Part shown: positions 8,088 through 16,765 of the stretch, one piece after another
Layout of the letters: each line of letters opens with the position of its first letter
How positions within the stretch are numbered: the first letter of the stretch is position 1
Origin: a virus
Lineage: Duplodnaviria; Heunggongvirae; Uroviricota; Caudoviricetes
DNA length: 25,778 nt
Strand: one strand, 5' to 3'
IMG/VR virus record: IMGVR_UViG_2718218136_000006
Position numbers and translations under genes: made by a program
Notes under the pieces: generated by a model
Databases searched by the model: none
What the model was told of the DNA's origin: nothing
The model's input: only the letters and a program-made list of their open reading frames with translations

Positions 8088-9416
8088 CTGAGAGATCCCC
8101 TCATAATTTCCCCAAAGCGTAACCATGTGTGAATAAATTTTGAGCTAGTAGGGTTGCAGCCACGAGTAAGTCTTCCCTTGTTATTGTGTAGCCAGAATGC
8201 CGCAAAACTTCCATGCCTAAGCGAACTGTTGAGAGTACGTTTCGATTTCTGACTGTGTTAGCCTGGAAGTGCTTGTCCCAACCTTGTTTCTGAGCATGAA
8301 CGCCCGCAAGCCAACATGTTAGTTGAAGCATCAGGGCGATTAGCAGCATGATATCAAAACGCTCTGAGCTGCTCGTTCGGCTATGGCGTAGGCCTAGTCC
8401 GTAGGCAGGACTTTTCAAGTCTCGGAAGGTTTCTTCAATCTGCATTCGCTTCGAATAGATATTAACAAGTTGTTTGGGTGTTCGAATTTCAACAGGTAAG
8501 TTAGTTGCTAGAACCCATGGCTCCTTTGCCGACGCTGAGTAGATTTTAGGTGACGGGTGGTGACAATGAGTCCGTGTCGAGCGCTGATTTTTTCGGCCTT
8601 TAGAGCGAGATTTATACAATAGAATTTGGCATGAGATTGGATTGCTTTTAGTCAGCCTCTTATAGCCTAAAGTCTTTGAGTGACTAGATGACATATCATG
8701 TAAGTTGCTGATAGGTTTCCAGTTTTCCGCTCCTAGGTCTGCATATTGTACTTTTCCTCTTACTCGACTTAACCAGTACCAACCCAGCTTCTCAACGGAT
8801 TTATACCATGGCACTTTAAAGCCAGCATCACTGACAATGAGCGGTGTGGTGTTACTCGGTAGAATGCTCGCAAGGTCGGCTAGAAATTGGTCATGAGCTT
8901 TCTTTGAACATTGCTCTGAAAGCGGGAACGCTTTCTCATAAAGAGTAACAGAACGACCGTGTAGTGCGACTGAAGCTCGCAATACCATAAGTCGTTTTTG
9001 CTCACGAATATCAGACCAGTCAACAAGTACAATGGGCATCGTATTGCCCGAACAGATAAAGCTAGCATGCCAACGGTATACAGCGAGTCGCTCTTTGTGG
9101 AGGTGACGATTACCTAACAATCGGTCGATTCGTTTGATGTTATGTTTTGTTCTCGCTTTGGTTGGCAGGTTACGGCCAAGTTCGGTAAGAGTGAGAGTTT
9201 TACAGTCAAGTAATGCGTGGCAAGCCAACGTTAAGCTGTTGAGTCGTTTTAAGTGTAATTCGGGGCAGAATTGGTAAAGAGAGTCGTGTAAAATATCGAG
9301 TTCGCACATCTTGTTGTCTGATTATTGATTTTTCGCGAAACCATTTGATCATATGACAAGATGTGTATCTACCTTAACTTAATGATTTTGATAAAAATCA
9401 TTAGGGGATTCATCAG
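8088..9416 (-). mobile_element. IS10 copy 1 (1329 bp), flanked by 9-bp direct duplication CGCTTTGCA (8079-8087 and 9417-9425)
   Basis: Ends CTGAGAGATCCCCTCATAATTTCCCC (inside end) and ...TCATTAGGGGATTCATCAG (outside end) recalled as IS10 termini; exact 9-bp flanking repeat read from sequence. Confidence 0.95.
8101..9309 (-). CDS. IS10 transposase, 402 aa
   Basis: ORF track; protein MCELDILHDSLYQFCPELHLKRLNSL... recalled as the IS10/Tn10 transposase. Confidence 0.95.
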   Translation of the reverse strand: MCELDILHDSLYQFCPELHLKRLNSLTLACHALLDCKTLTLTELGRNLPTKARTKHNIKRIDRLLGNRHLHKERLAVYRWHASFICSGNTMPIVLVDWSDIREQKRLMVLRASVALHGRSVTLYEKAFPLSEQCSKKAHDQFLADLASILPSNTTPLIVSDAGFKVPWYKSVEKLGWYWLSRVRGKVQYADLGAENWKPISNLHDMSSSHSKTLGYKRLTKSNPISCQILLYKSRSKGRKNQRSTRTHCHHPSPKIYSASAKEPWVLATNLPVEIRTPKQLVNIYSKRMQIEETFRDLKSPAYGLGLRHSRTSSSERFDIMLLIALMLQLTCWLAGVHAQKQGWDKHFQANTVRNRNVLSTVRLGMEVLRHSGYTITREDLLVAATLLAQNLFTHGYALGKL

Positions 9417-11284
9417 CGCTTTGCATCAGACAGAAGGTCATCCCAAGTTAATGTATACATTTCTTGTTCTCTCAATGTTTTCAGTTTCATATTTAACGTT
9501 GCATTTCTCTTTAAAAAATCATCAGCAACTAGATAACCGGAAACTCGCTTGAATGGACTTCCTGTTGCAGAGTCTAAATAAACTCTGAAAGTATTAACAT
9601 ACTCCTCAAAGCGATTGATGTGATCTTTATCTATTTTCAGCCCTGGCCTCATGAATTCAAGTACAAGCAAATGTTCACCACTTGAAAGAACTAAGTCAAC
9701 CCTTCCTTTAAAGCTTGGATCGTGTTCAATGTCTGATTCTTTTGCTGCTTCTCTAGCGATATGCTGGACATTTTTCTCAATAGCATAAGTCTCCCATTTT
9801 GGAGCTATCAGCCAAGGATTCTTCGCAATATAGTCTCGAACAGCATTTTCTAATTCTTTAGTGCGTATTCTAGTCTCAAGACCACTTATAGTATCAAGCT
9901 TAGCTTTAACTGATTCTGCTGTGTGTAAAGCCTGAATTGTATTTGCTTCGATCAATATCTCAAGCAATTTCGTTTCATCCATATCAGGAACGGAAGCAAC
10001 GCTTCTTATAAGCTCTTTTAGACGCCCTCCCTCCCATGCAGTGAGGATAGAGTTGCCTATATGCCTAAATTGCTCTGCACCGATTTGTTGGATTGATGCA
10101 ATTCGTTTCAAAGCCATTATAACCGTTTTTTTCTCTACACCTAGTTTATCTAGCCTACTTCTGAAATCATCAATTTTACTTTCAATCAGTTTGGTTTTTT
10201 CATCTGCCCGCCGATCTTTCCAGATTTTTAATAATTCGCGAACACGTTTCTGTCCCCACTCTTCTAATTTGGCAAGGTGGTGACTACTCCAATTCAATCT
10301 TTGTCGTTCAGTAGAAATCACATCATCATTAAACTCATCCAAATAATCAGCAATTACAGCCCCTGTCATATATTCAGGACCATTTTGACTTGGCAACCCT
10401 CCAGTCAAGTTAAACATAAACGGCCTTTGTGCTAATTTTTTGTGAGCGTAAATCGAGATACCTTGCAACTCATCATCCTTGATTGTTTCTTTTAAGAAAA
10501 ACACTCTCCATTTTATCTCATAACCATCAACGATTTCTTTTCCATACCCCAAACTGTCAATCTCCGTAAGAGAATCAGGTTTTTCATCTACAGTATAATC
10601 TTTTGGAAAACTATATTCTGCAGTGGCAAGAAAATTTTCGACTGGCATGGGGGTATTATTAATACGAACTAAAAATTCATCGCCGCCAGAATTGATCGCA
10701 AACCTTCTCGCCATAGATGTAGCAAAAGAAGACTCATTTAACAATCTATTTATTTTCAATGACTTAAGTGTTACTGTTGTTCCATGATTTTCTTTTTCTA
10801 ATTCTGAAGGGCCTGTGCGGAAGGTCACATCAATAGCCATGCTTTCAGTTTTAACGTAGTCATCTGACGATCTAATCTTATTTATATCCAAAGTAAAACT
10901 AGTTTTTTCACCTGTTTCTTGGCTAGTAGTACAAATTTCTATAATCTCAGCAATACCAAAACCAGCAAACTTTCCGATACCTTTTCTTCCCATTAAGTCT
11001 CGATTGAATAATTTCGACTTCGCTACAGGATTATCTTTCCTTTTATCAAAACCAACCGTAAGAAATTTCTTTTGACATTCTTCAAATGTCATTCCAATAC
11101 CATTGTCTTTTATAACAATAGTTCTATTTTCATGCGTGGGTAGTGTAATATTAACTTCGGTTGCATCCGCGTCCCAAGCATTAGAAACCATTTCAGCTAT
11201 TGCTGCTGTTGGACTTTGATACATTTGAATACCTAAATGATCAATTATCCTACCATGAAAATTTAGAAATAGTTTATTATCCAT
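9413..11284 (-). CDS. MORC/MutL-like GHKL ATPase (HATPase_c-type N-terminus) with large C-terminal region; truncated to 623 aa by IS10, original about 660 aa
   Basis: Bergerat-fold motifs read directly: EMVSNAWDA (N box), IKDNGIGM (G1), GRKGIGKFAGFG (G2). ATG 11282-11284 overlaps MTase stop by 8 nt. Stop codon 9413-9415 lies inside the IS10 end. Confidence 0.75.
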   Translation of the reverse strand: MDNKLFLNFHGRIIDHLGIQMYQSPTAAIAEMVSNAWDADATEVNITLPTHENRTIVIKDNGIGMTFEECQKKFLTVGFDKRKDNPVAKSKLFNRDLMGRKGIGKFAGFGIAEIIEICTTSQETGEKTSFTLDINKIRSSDDYVKTESMAIDVTFRTGPSELEKENHGTTVTLKSLKINRLLNESSFATSMARRFAINSGGDEFLVRINNTPMPVENFLATAEYSFPKDYTVDEKPDSLTEIDSLGYGKEIVDGYEIKWRVFFLKETIKDDELQGISIYAHKKLAQRPFMFNLTGGLPSQNGPEYMTGAVIADYLDEFNDDVISTERQRLNWSSHHLAKLEEWGQKRVRELLKIWKDRRADEKTKLIESKIDDFRSRLDKLGVEKKTVIMALKRIASIQQIGAEQFRHIGNSILTAWEGGRLKELIRSVASVPDMDETKLLEILIEANTIQALHTAESVKAKLDTISGLETRIRTKELENAVRDYIAKNPWLIAPKWETYAIEKNVQHIAREAAKESDIEHDPSFKGRVDLVLSSGEHLLVLEFMRPGLKIDKDHINRFEEYVNTFRVYLDSATGSPFKRVSGYLVADDFLKRNATLNMKLKTLREQEMYTLTWDDLLSDAKR

Positions 11285-12325
11285 AATCCGCCTCGTTTTT
11301 AGTTATATGTTCTTTGATAAGTTCAGCATGATGCTTAATGAATTCAGGGGGCAATGCATTCCCTATCATCAAAGCAGCCTTGTCTTTACCAAATTGAATA
11401 GGAAAATAGTAATCACTCGGAAAAGTTTGTAATAATGCAGCCTCTCGAAGAGTTATTGCTCTATCTTGTTCAGGATGTAAAAAACGACCTTTTGAAGGAT
11501 TAGTACATCCACTCGTAATAGTTGGAGCTACATCATCCCACCTCATACGACCGTAAACATCGCGAAAACCATTTGGATATCGTTTATGACATGGCAGCCA
11601 ATACTCGTAAGGAAGTTGAGAGCGGCTTCCCCCATCCTTAGGAATAAGACTTATAATTTTTTTAACCTTCTCAGTTCTTCTTTCTAATATATTGTGCAGC
11701 GGATCATTGCTATTTTCAGGTCGAGCCAAATGGCCTATTGCATCGCGCACAGTTATTAAATTACTATTTTTTTGAGCACGAGTAAGCTCTCCGTATCGCG
11801 AAGCAAGTAGTACCATGCGCTTACGTCTTTGTGGCACACCAAATTTACTAGCATCTTCAATTAAAACTGAATTATCATCGATATGATAACCCAATTTCTT
11901 AAGCTCCGAAGTAAACATGTTTATTCGTTCGTCAAATGCCAAAGCTGGTACATTTTCAACCATTACAACTTTTGGAAAAAAGACTTTAACAAAATCTAAA
12001 AAATTAAAAATAAGTTCATTTCTCTCATCAAAGACAGCTACTGTTTTATTTTTTGTTCTTAACGAAGAAAATCCTTGACATGGTGGACAACCTGCCAACA
12101 AATCCAGTTCACCTTGCTGAATTTTTAATTGTTTCATTAATTCATCTGGTGATATATTTTTATATCCCCATTTATTAAGTTAACATCCGGATGGTTGATT
12201 CTATAGGTTTCAGATACAATAGCTTCTTTTTCGATTGCTGATATGACATCAAAGCCAGCCATTTTTAGACCAACTGTCAAACCACCAGCGCCACAAAAAA
12301 GATCAATTGCTTTCATTTTATGCAT
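11277..12325 (-). pseudogene. Dcm-family DNA (cytosine-5) methyltransferase, split by a -1 frameshift in an A5 run (T5 on plus strand at 12157-12161)
   Basis: 62-aa ORF carries motif I (DLFCGAGG) and GDIK; 286-aa ORF carries motif IV (PCQGFS), ENV, and C-terminal GNALPP. Adding one A restores a continuous GDIKNISPDEL...ELDLLAGCPPCQ reading. Confidence 0.8.
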
Positions 12326-12361
12326 TCCATTCCATCATGTATACTATGAATCTAATCGAGA

Positions 12362-12390
12362 ATCATATGAAATTGATAGGCTTTTTACAA
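12362..12390 (-). promoter_or_regulatory. candidate sigma70 promoter for the MTase-ATPase operon
   Basis: On minus strand: TTGTAA (12385-12390), 17-bp spacer, TATGAT (12362-12367), about 40 bp upstream of the MTase start. Confidence 0.35.
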
Positions 12391-12718
12391 TCTTTATCAT
12401 CTATTTTTATTGTCTTATGTAATTTTCTTGGTTATTGGTGGAATGTAATCTCATCTGATATCCTATGTCCTAATAGATAGCAATTCTGTATGAGCTTTTA
12501 TTGCCCTCATCAGACGCTTCCTTTATGAAGTTGTTCCGAGCAATGCAGCATCGCATTTATCACTTCTTTTATGTGGCTTATGTGTCACGGCGTTGTTGCC
12601 ATCAAGGCCAGCGAACATTCCGTGCCTGTCAAACGCCGTGCAAAGCTCGTTAAACGCCCACGTCCGAACTTCGGCAAGGAAGGCATTGGCGCGGTCAACT
12701 CCTGGTAGCCAATCCTGC

Positions 12719-13141
12719 TCACTGCGCCGCCCCCTGAAAATGCCCCTGATAGAATGCCAGCACACGCTGCATAACTTCGCTCTTCCGGCACTCGCGACAG
12801 ATTATGTTCATACGCCTGTCATAGCGGCGTATTTCTCCGTCTGGTAATGACCAGATAAGGTCAGGATCAACCACAACCGTTTTTTTCACCTTTGCCCTGG
12901 ATAGTTTTTTGCGGGCGTTTTTCCAGTCCTTACGAGCCTGTTCAGAGGGAAATAACCCATAGCCAGAGTTGTATACATCGCCACTGGCAACCAACTCTCT
13001 GGCAAGAATGCTCATCAGATATCTTGTCGCACCTGTCTTGGCCTCCAGTTGCCTTAACGTCTCGCGCCCACTCTGGCGTACCAGCTCAACAACCTGCTCC
13101 TTAATTTTTTCACGCTCTTCCTGTGTAAAAACTTTTGCCAT
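12719..13141 (-). CDS. hypothetical protein, about 140 aa
   Basis: ATG 13139-13141 behind GGAGG; ORF track start at 13156 is a TTG. C-terminal end overlaps other open frames (see findings). Confidence 0.45.
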   Translation of the reverse strand: MAKVFTQEEREKIKEQVVELVRQSGRETLRQLEAKTGATRYLMSILARELVASGDVYNSGYGLFPSEQARKDWKNARKKLSRAKVKKTVVVDPDLIWSLPDGEIRRYDRRMNIICRECRKSEVMQRVLAFYQGHFQGAAQ

Positions 13142-13156
13142 AAGCGCCTCCGGCAA

Positions 13157-13870
13157 TCACTTTTCCGACACAATACGACTGGAGGAGTCGACAATCTGTC
13201 GAACAATATCCCGGTACTTGTTCAGCTCCCGCAGCGCGGCGCAGACACGCTCCCACTTCTGGACATGATTTTTCGCCCGGCGCAGCTCACGGTTTGCCAT
13301 GTGCAGCGACTGCACAATGTCCGCCACAGTTTCTGTTTTAATATCTTCCTGTGTTGCATCTTTCTGTACCGGCAACGCAACACCTGCTGGCTGAGGAAAG
13401 GCTTTAAAATCAGTTTCCGTTACCGATGCAGCTTTCGGCTCTGCTGGTAAATTATTGCCCGGTATGCAGTAACGAAATTTACCGTTCTGATTTACGCGAA
13501 TCAGGCGTCCTTTGCTGATTGCCATTGCCAGCGTTGAAGCAATTTTGCGGGATGTGGTACCGAACAGCGTAGCCAGTTCATCCGCCGTTTGTGGTCCGCG
13601 TTGTTCAATCGTCGCGGTTAAATCGCACTCTGAGATTTTCGCTACTGTTGCCGTGGTGGTTTCTTCCGGCAGTTCTGCCTGCATTGGCTGTTCCTGCTGA
13701 ACGTTGTTATCAGCCACACGCCAGGTGTACGCGCTTTTATCAACGAAACCAGCTTTTTTCAGTTCCCATAGTTCGTTCAACACTTCTTCACGACTGATAT
13801 CAAGTCGCGCAGCAAGTTCTATGGATGTGGCTTTTCCCATTGCTTTCAGTGCGTCAAAAACAGTCTCCAT
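13157..13870 (-). CDS. phage protein with two winged-helix-like segments, about 237 aa
   Basis: ATG 13868-13870 with GGGAGG upstream (alternative ATG at 13921 would overlap ydaV); HTH-like stretches [17 protein letters not shown] and [19 protein letters not shown]. Confidence 0.55.
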   Translation of the reverse strand: METVFDALKAMGKATSIELAARLDISREEVLNELWELKKAGFVDKSAYTWRVADNNVQQEQPMQAELPEETTTATVAKISECDLTATIEQRGPQTADELATLFGTTSRKIASTLAMAISKGRLIRVNQNGKFRYCIPGNNLPAEPKAASVTETDFKAFPQPAGVALPVQKDATQEDIKTETVADIVQSLHMANRELRRAKNHVQKWERVCAALRELNKYRDIVRQIVDSSSRIVSEK

Positions 13871-13892
13871 TAAAATTTCCTCCCGATAAAAA

Positions 13893-14639
13893 TTACTTCG
13901 CAGTTCCTGGCTGGACGACATTTGGACGCCAGCTCTCCCAGTTAAAATTCACCCATCGCCCGCCGTTCATGGTCATGCGATCCATAATCCGCTCGCCGAG
14001 CAATGTTTTCATGGCCTCATAGTTCAGGTTTGTCAGCATCCCCACGCTGCGCATCGACGCTGTCCGGCGATCAACAATCTGGTGCAGTACCACCTGCTCG
14101 TTTTTTGTCTCGCGCTGAATGCCAATTTCATCAAGAACCAGCAGATCCACTTCGCACAGTTCCCGCAAAAATTTTTCGCCTGATTGCCCGTCGTCATAGC
14201 TGGCGTGTAGAGCACTCATGACATCAGCCACAGTAACCACAATCACTGTCTGGCCATCTTTCAGCAGACGATTCCCGATAGCCGCCGCCAGATGGTTTTT
14301 TCCGGTACCAGGTTTTCCGCTGAACGCAAAATTTGTACACCCGGTCATCAGTTCATCAGCGATAGATTTCGCCTGGCTCAACGCGTATCGCTGACCGTCG
14401 TTCTGCACCTGGTAATTCACAAACGAGCATTTACGGTGCAACGGCTGGATGCCTGAGCGATTCAGAATTTTTTCCACCCGCAACTGGCGATTCAGGCGGT
14501 TGATCTCCTCGCTACGTTTCTGGCCTTCAGCAAGTTGCCACTCGCGCCACTCCGCTACCGTTCTGAATGGGGCGGTTACATGTGGCGGGGTCAGTCGGCG
14601 GATGCGTTCCAGAACGCCGCCTGTCGCAATATTTTTCAT
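13893..14639 (-). CDS. ydaV: DnaC-like helicase loader (lambda P analogue), 248 aa
   Basis: Walker [10 protein letters not shown] and Walker B LLVLDE read directly; position downstream of the O-like gene. Confidence 0.85.
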   Translation of the reverse strand: MKNIATGGVLERIRRLTPPHVTAPFRTVAEWREWQLAEGQKRSEEINRLNRQLRVEKILNRSGIQPLHRKCSFVNYQVQNDGQRYALSQAKSIADELMTGCTNFAFSGKPGTGKNHLAAAIGNRLLKDGQTVIVVTVADVMSALHASYDDGQSGEKFLRELCEVDLLVLDEIGIQRETKNEQVVLHQIVDRRTASMRSVGMLTNLNYEAMKTLLGERIMDRMTMNGGRWVNFNWESWRPNVVQPGTAK

Positions 14640-14645
14640 GGTTCG

Positions 14646-15440
14646 TTACCCCCTGAAGCCTGGCGGGATCGCACTGTCCGGCAACGAGACGGTGTTAACC
14701 TGTCTGAGCAACGTCTCAGGCCTAACACCTTTCGGCGCGAACAAGCCCTGGTATTCATTGGCGATGCTATGTCGAATCACCTGCTCAGGGGTAAAACCCT
14801 GCTGGCGGAATTTTTCCAGTTCCCGTATCGCCCCGTTAGCGCCCTGCTCCGTTCGAATCGGTTTTCGCAATGCCTGCCTGAACCGGACCCACTCATGCCA
14901 GAGTGTTTCCGGCAACCAATCGGGCAACTCAATAGCCTCCGGCTCGAATTTTTTAGATGCTCGTTTTTGGCGAGGGGGATTTAGGGGGAGATCAGTATTT
15001 ATATCTTCCTCTTCCTCTTCCTCTTCCTCTGGTAACGCTTTTTGATCCGTTTGTGTAACGCTGGCAGCGTTACCTTTTCGTTTCAGTTCGCGTATTTTTG
15101 TAACCCTCTCGTTTGTAATCGCCCGTTTTTTAGAGCTTTTTCCGTTATGACGTTCAAAGTTAGGTAGAGAAAGCCCACCGTTATTTTCGACCAGCCATCC
15201 AACCTGAATTAACGCATCAGCAAAACCAGCCATAAAAGTGATGCGATCTATTGCACTTTTTGTAACGCCGCGAGCGTTACACTCTGCGTTACCGTCTATC
15301 ATTTGTTGATCCGCCCATGCCCAGAAGCGAATGACTTTCCCTAATGCGGCATCTGGATCAATATTCAGAATCTCAGCAAGCCTGAATATTTCCGGCTTAT
15401 CCGGCGTAATAACCTCGAGCTTTATCCAGTTTGAAGCCAT
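14646..15440 (-). CDS. ydaU: replication initiation-like protein YdaU (start uncertain: ATG 15438-15440 with AAGGTG, or TTG at 15518)
   Basis: ORF track 14646..15518; sequence and position recalled as Rac YdaU; contains poly-Glu tract. Confidence 0.7.
   Translation of the reverse strand: MASNWIKLEVITPDKPEIFRLAEILNIDPDAALGKVIRFWAWADQQMIDGNAECNARGVTKSAIDRITFMAGFADALIQVGWLVENNGGLSLPNFERHNGKSSKKRAITNERVTKIRELKRKGNAASVTQTDQKALPEEEEEEEEDINTDLPLNPPRQKRASKKFEPEAIELPDWLPETLWHEWVRFRQALRKPIRTEQGANGAIRELEKFRQQGFTPEQVIRHSIANEYQGLFAPKGVRPETLLRQVNTVSLPDSAIPPGFRG
15005..15030. repeat. hexanucleotide repeat (CTTCCT)x4, encoding an 8-residue poly-Glu tract in YdaU
   Basis: Directly read, in frame within ydaU. 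Confidence 0.9.
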
Positions 15441-15518
15441 ATTGTTTTCACCTTGTAACGCTGTAAGCGTTACATTTAACTGATACCGAACAAAACAGTC
15501 CGGCACGATTAATTTCAA

Positions 15519-15941
15519 TCAATGCACTACGACAGAATCGCTAGGAGAACCGCCGCCGCTGAAATGTGCTTTACGGTAAACGGCCTGGACTGCATCATCA
15601 TGCGCATCAATTGCCGTACTCAGTGCATCCTGTGCCGCCAGTAATGCACGGCGTTCCAGGGTATCGAAGATGCAGAGTCGGTGACGCAGCTCGCGAGGAA
15701 GAATTGCCAGAACCGCAGGGATCAGTTTCTGAATTTTTTCCCTTTGCGCATTCGTTTCACCTTTCAACCAACGATGATAGATATTCTGCTGATTGTTCCA
15801 GTCCTTGCCTGGTACCAGGGGCAATTCGCCGCCCCCCTGGCGCAGATATTCTTCAGTAATTGCGTTAGCGACCCACGCCTGCCCTTTTTCGGCTGCCAGG
15901 GCTAACAACACTGATTCGATGTGCTCATGCTTGATTTTCAT
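15519..15941 (-). CDS. ydaT: YdaT, 140 aa (reported toxic partner of YdaS under RacR control)
   Basis: ORF track; start ATG 15939-15941 overlaps ydaS stop (ATGA); sequence recalled as Rac YdaT. Confidence 0.8.
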   Translation of the reverse strand: MKIKHEHIESVLLALAAEKGQAWVANAITEEYLRQGGGELPLVPGKDWNNQQNIYHRWLKGETNAQREKIQKLIPAVLAILPRELRHRLCIFDTLERRALLAAQDALSTAIDAHDDAVQAVYRKAHFSGGGSPSDSVVVH

Positions 15942-16192
15942 GAATCAACTCCCATCAGCTTTTTCGTAGTAGTTTTATTTCTGCCAATAGTTAAAATTGC
16001 ATCGGCAGAAAATAATCCGTTTGATGCATGAGCGATTTTTTCAGCGTAATTTGTTTCGCCGGTATATTCTGTGCGAGGCAATTTTCCGTTATCCATCCAT
16101 TTGTAGATTGCTCTTTGGCTGACACCACAAACGTCGGCCACAACAGAAACGCGAACAGTTTTGATTACATCTTCAAGTGTTTTCTGGTTCAT
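15938..16192 (-). CDS. ydaS: YdaS, Cro-like HTH protein (84 aa from ATG 16190-16192; ORF track extends to 16264)
   Basis: GAGGGTG Shine-Dalgarno before ATG at 16192; HTH segment VADVCGVSQRAIYKW; divergent from racR. Confidence 0.75.
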   Translation of the reverse strand: MNQKTLEDVIKTVRVSVVADVCGVSQRAIYKWMDNGKLPRTEYTGETNYAEKIAHASNGLFSADAILTIGRNKTTTKKLMGVDS

Positions 16193-16216
16193 ATCACCCT
16201 CACAATGTGAACTTTG

Positions 16217-16247
16217 AGTACATGCTATAACAGAACTGACAGTACAT
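16217..16247. promoter_or_regulatory. candidate operator pair in the racR-ydaS divergent control region (two AGTACAT heptamers, 16217-16223 and 16241-16247)
   Basis: Directly read repeats in the 80-bp intergenic region between divergent repressor and cro-like genes. Confidence 0.4.
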
Positions 16248-16271
16248 TCAAGAGCGAATATCATTGAACTT

Positions 16272-16610
16272 ATGGTTCATGAAGATAAAGCGCGTAAAGA
16301 GTTCGCCAGTAGGCTTGCGCTAGCCTGTGAAAACGCTGGTTATGAACAACATGGAAGGCAGGCAGAAATTGCCCGTCGAATGAAATTAACACCAAAAGCG
16401 GTTAGCAAATGGTTTAATGGTGAAACAATTCCTCGCCGAGAGAAATTAAGGGAATTAGCAACACTCATTGGAACAACACCAACCTATCTTTTGGGAGAGG
16501 ATACAGAAGAAAGTGGACAGATACGTTTCTATCAGGAGTTAAATCCAAGACAAAAATCATCATTGACCTTCTGGACGAGCTCCCTGACAGTGAGACAGAT
16601 GAACTTTTAA
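16272..16610 (+). CDS. racR: RacR prophage repressor (XRE-type HTH); 112 aa as read, possibly frameshifted near 16552-16556 with a displaced C-terminal frame to 16689
   Basis: ORF track; HTH GRQAEIARRMKLTPKAVSKWFNG; see findings for the alternative frame. Confidence 0.75.
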   Translation: MVHEDKARKEFASRLALACENAGYEQHGRQAEIARRMKLTPKAVSKWFNGETIPRREKLRELATLIGTTPTYLLGEDTEESGQIRFYQELNPRQKSSLTFWTSSLTVRQMNF

Positions 16611-16765
16611 AAACTCTTGAGGAGAAAAAACAGAAGTACAATGCAATTTACGAAGAGTTAGCACGAAAGAAAAAACAAAAAGCCTCTTAAACCAGCATAA
16701 ATCCGGTAGCGTCCCCCTCCGGGTTTGTGCTTCACTTTATCCCGTCTCATTTTTTTATACATAAA

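Noticed and set aside
8705-9068. Short ORFs inside IS10 (8705..8896 plus, 8880..9068 minus, and the equivalents in copy 2)
   Set aside because: Lie within or antisense to the transposase gene; IS10 is known to encode a single protein.
16701-16740. Hairpin ATCCGG/CCGGGT after racR as a terminator
   Set aside because: 12-nt loop and interrupted T-tract; too weak to call.
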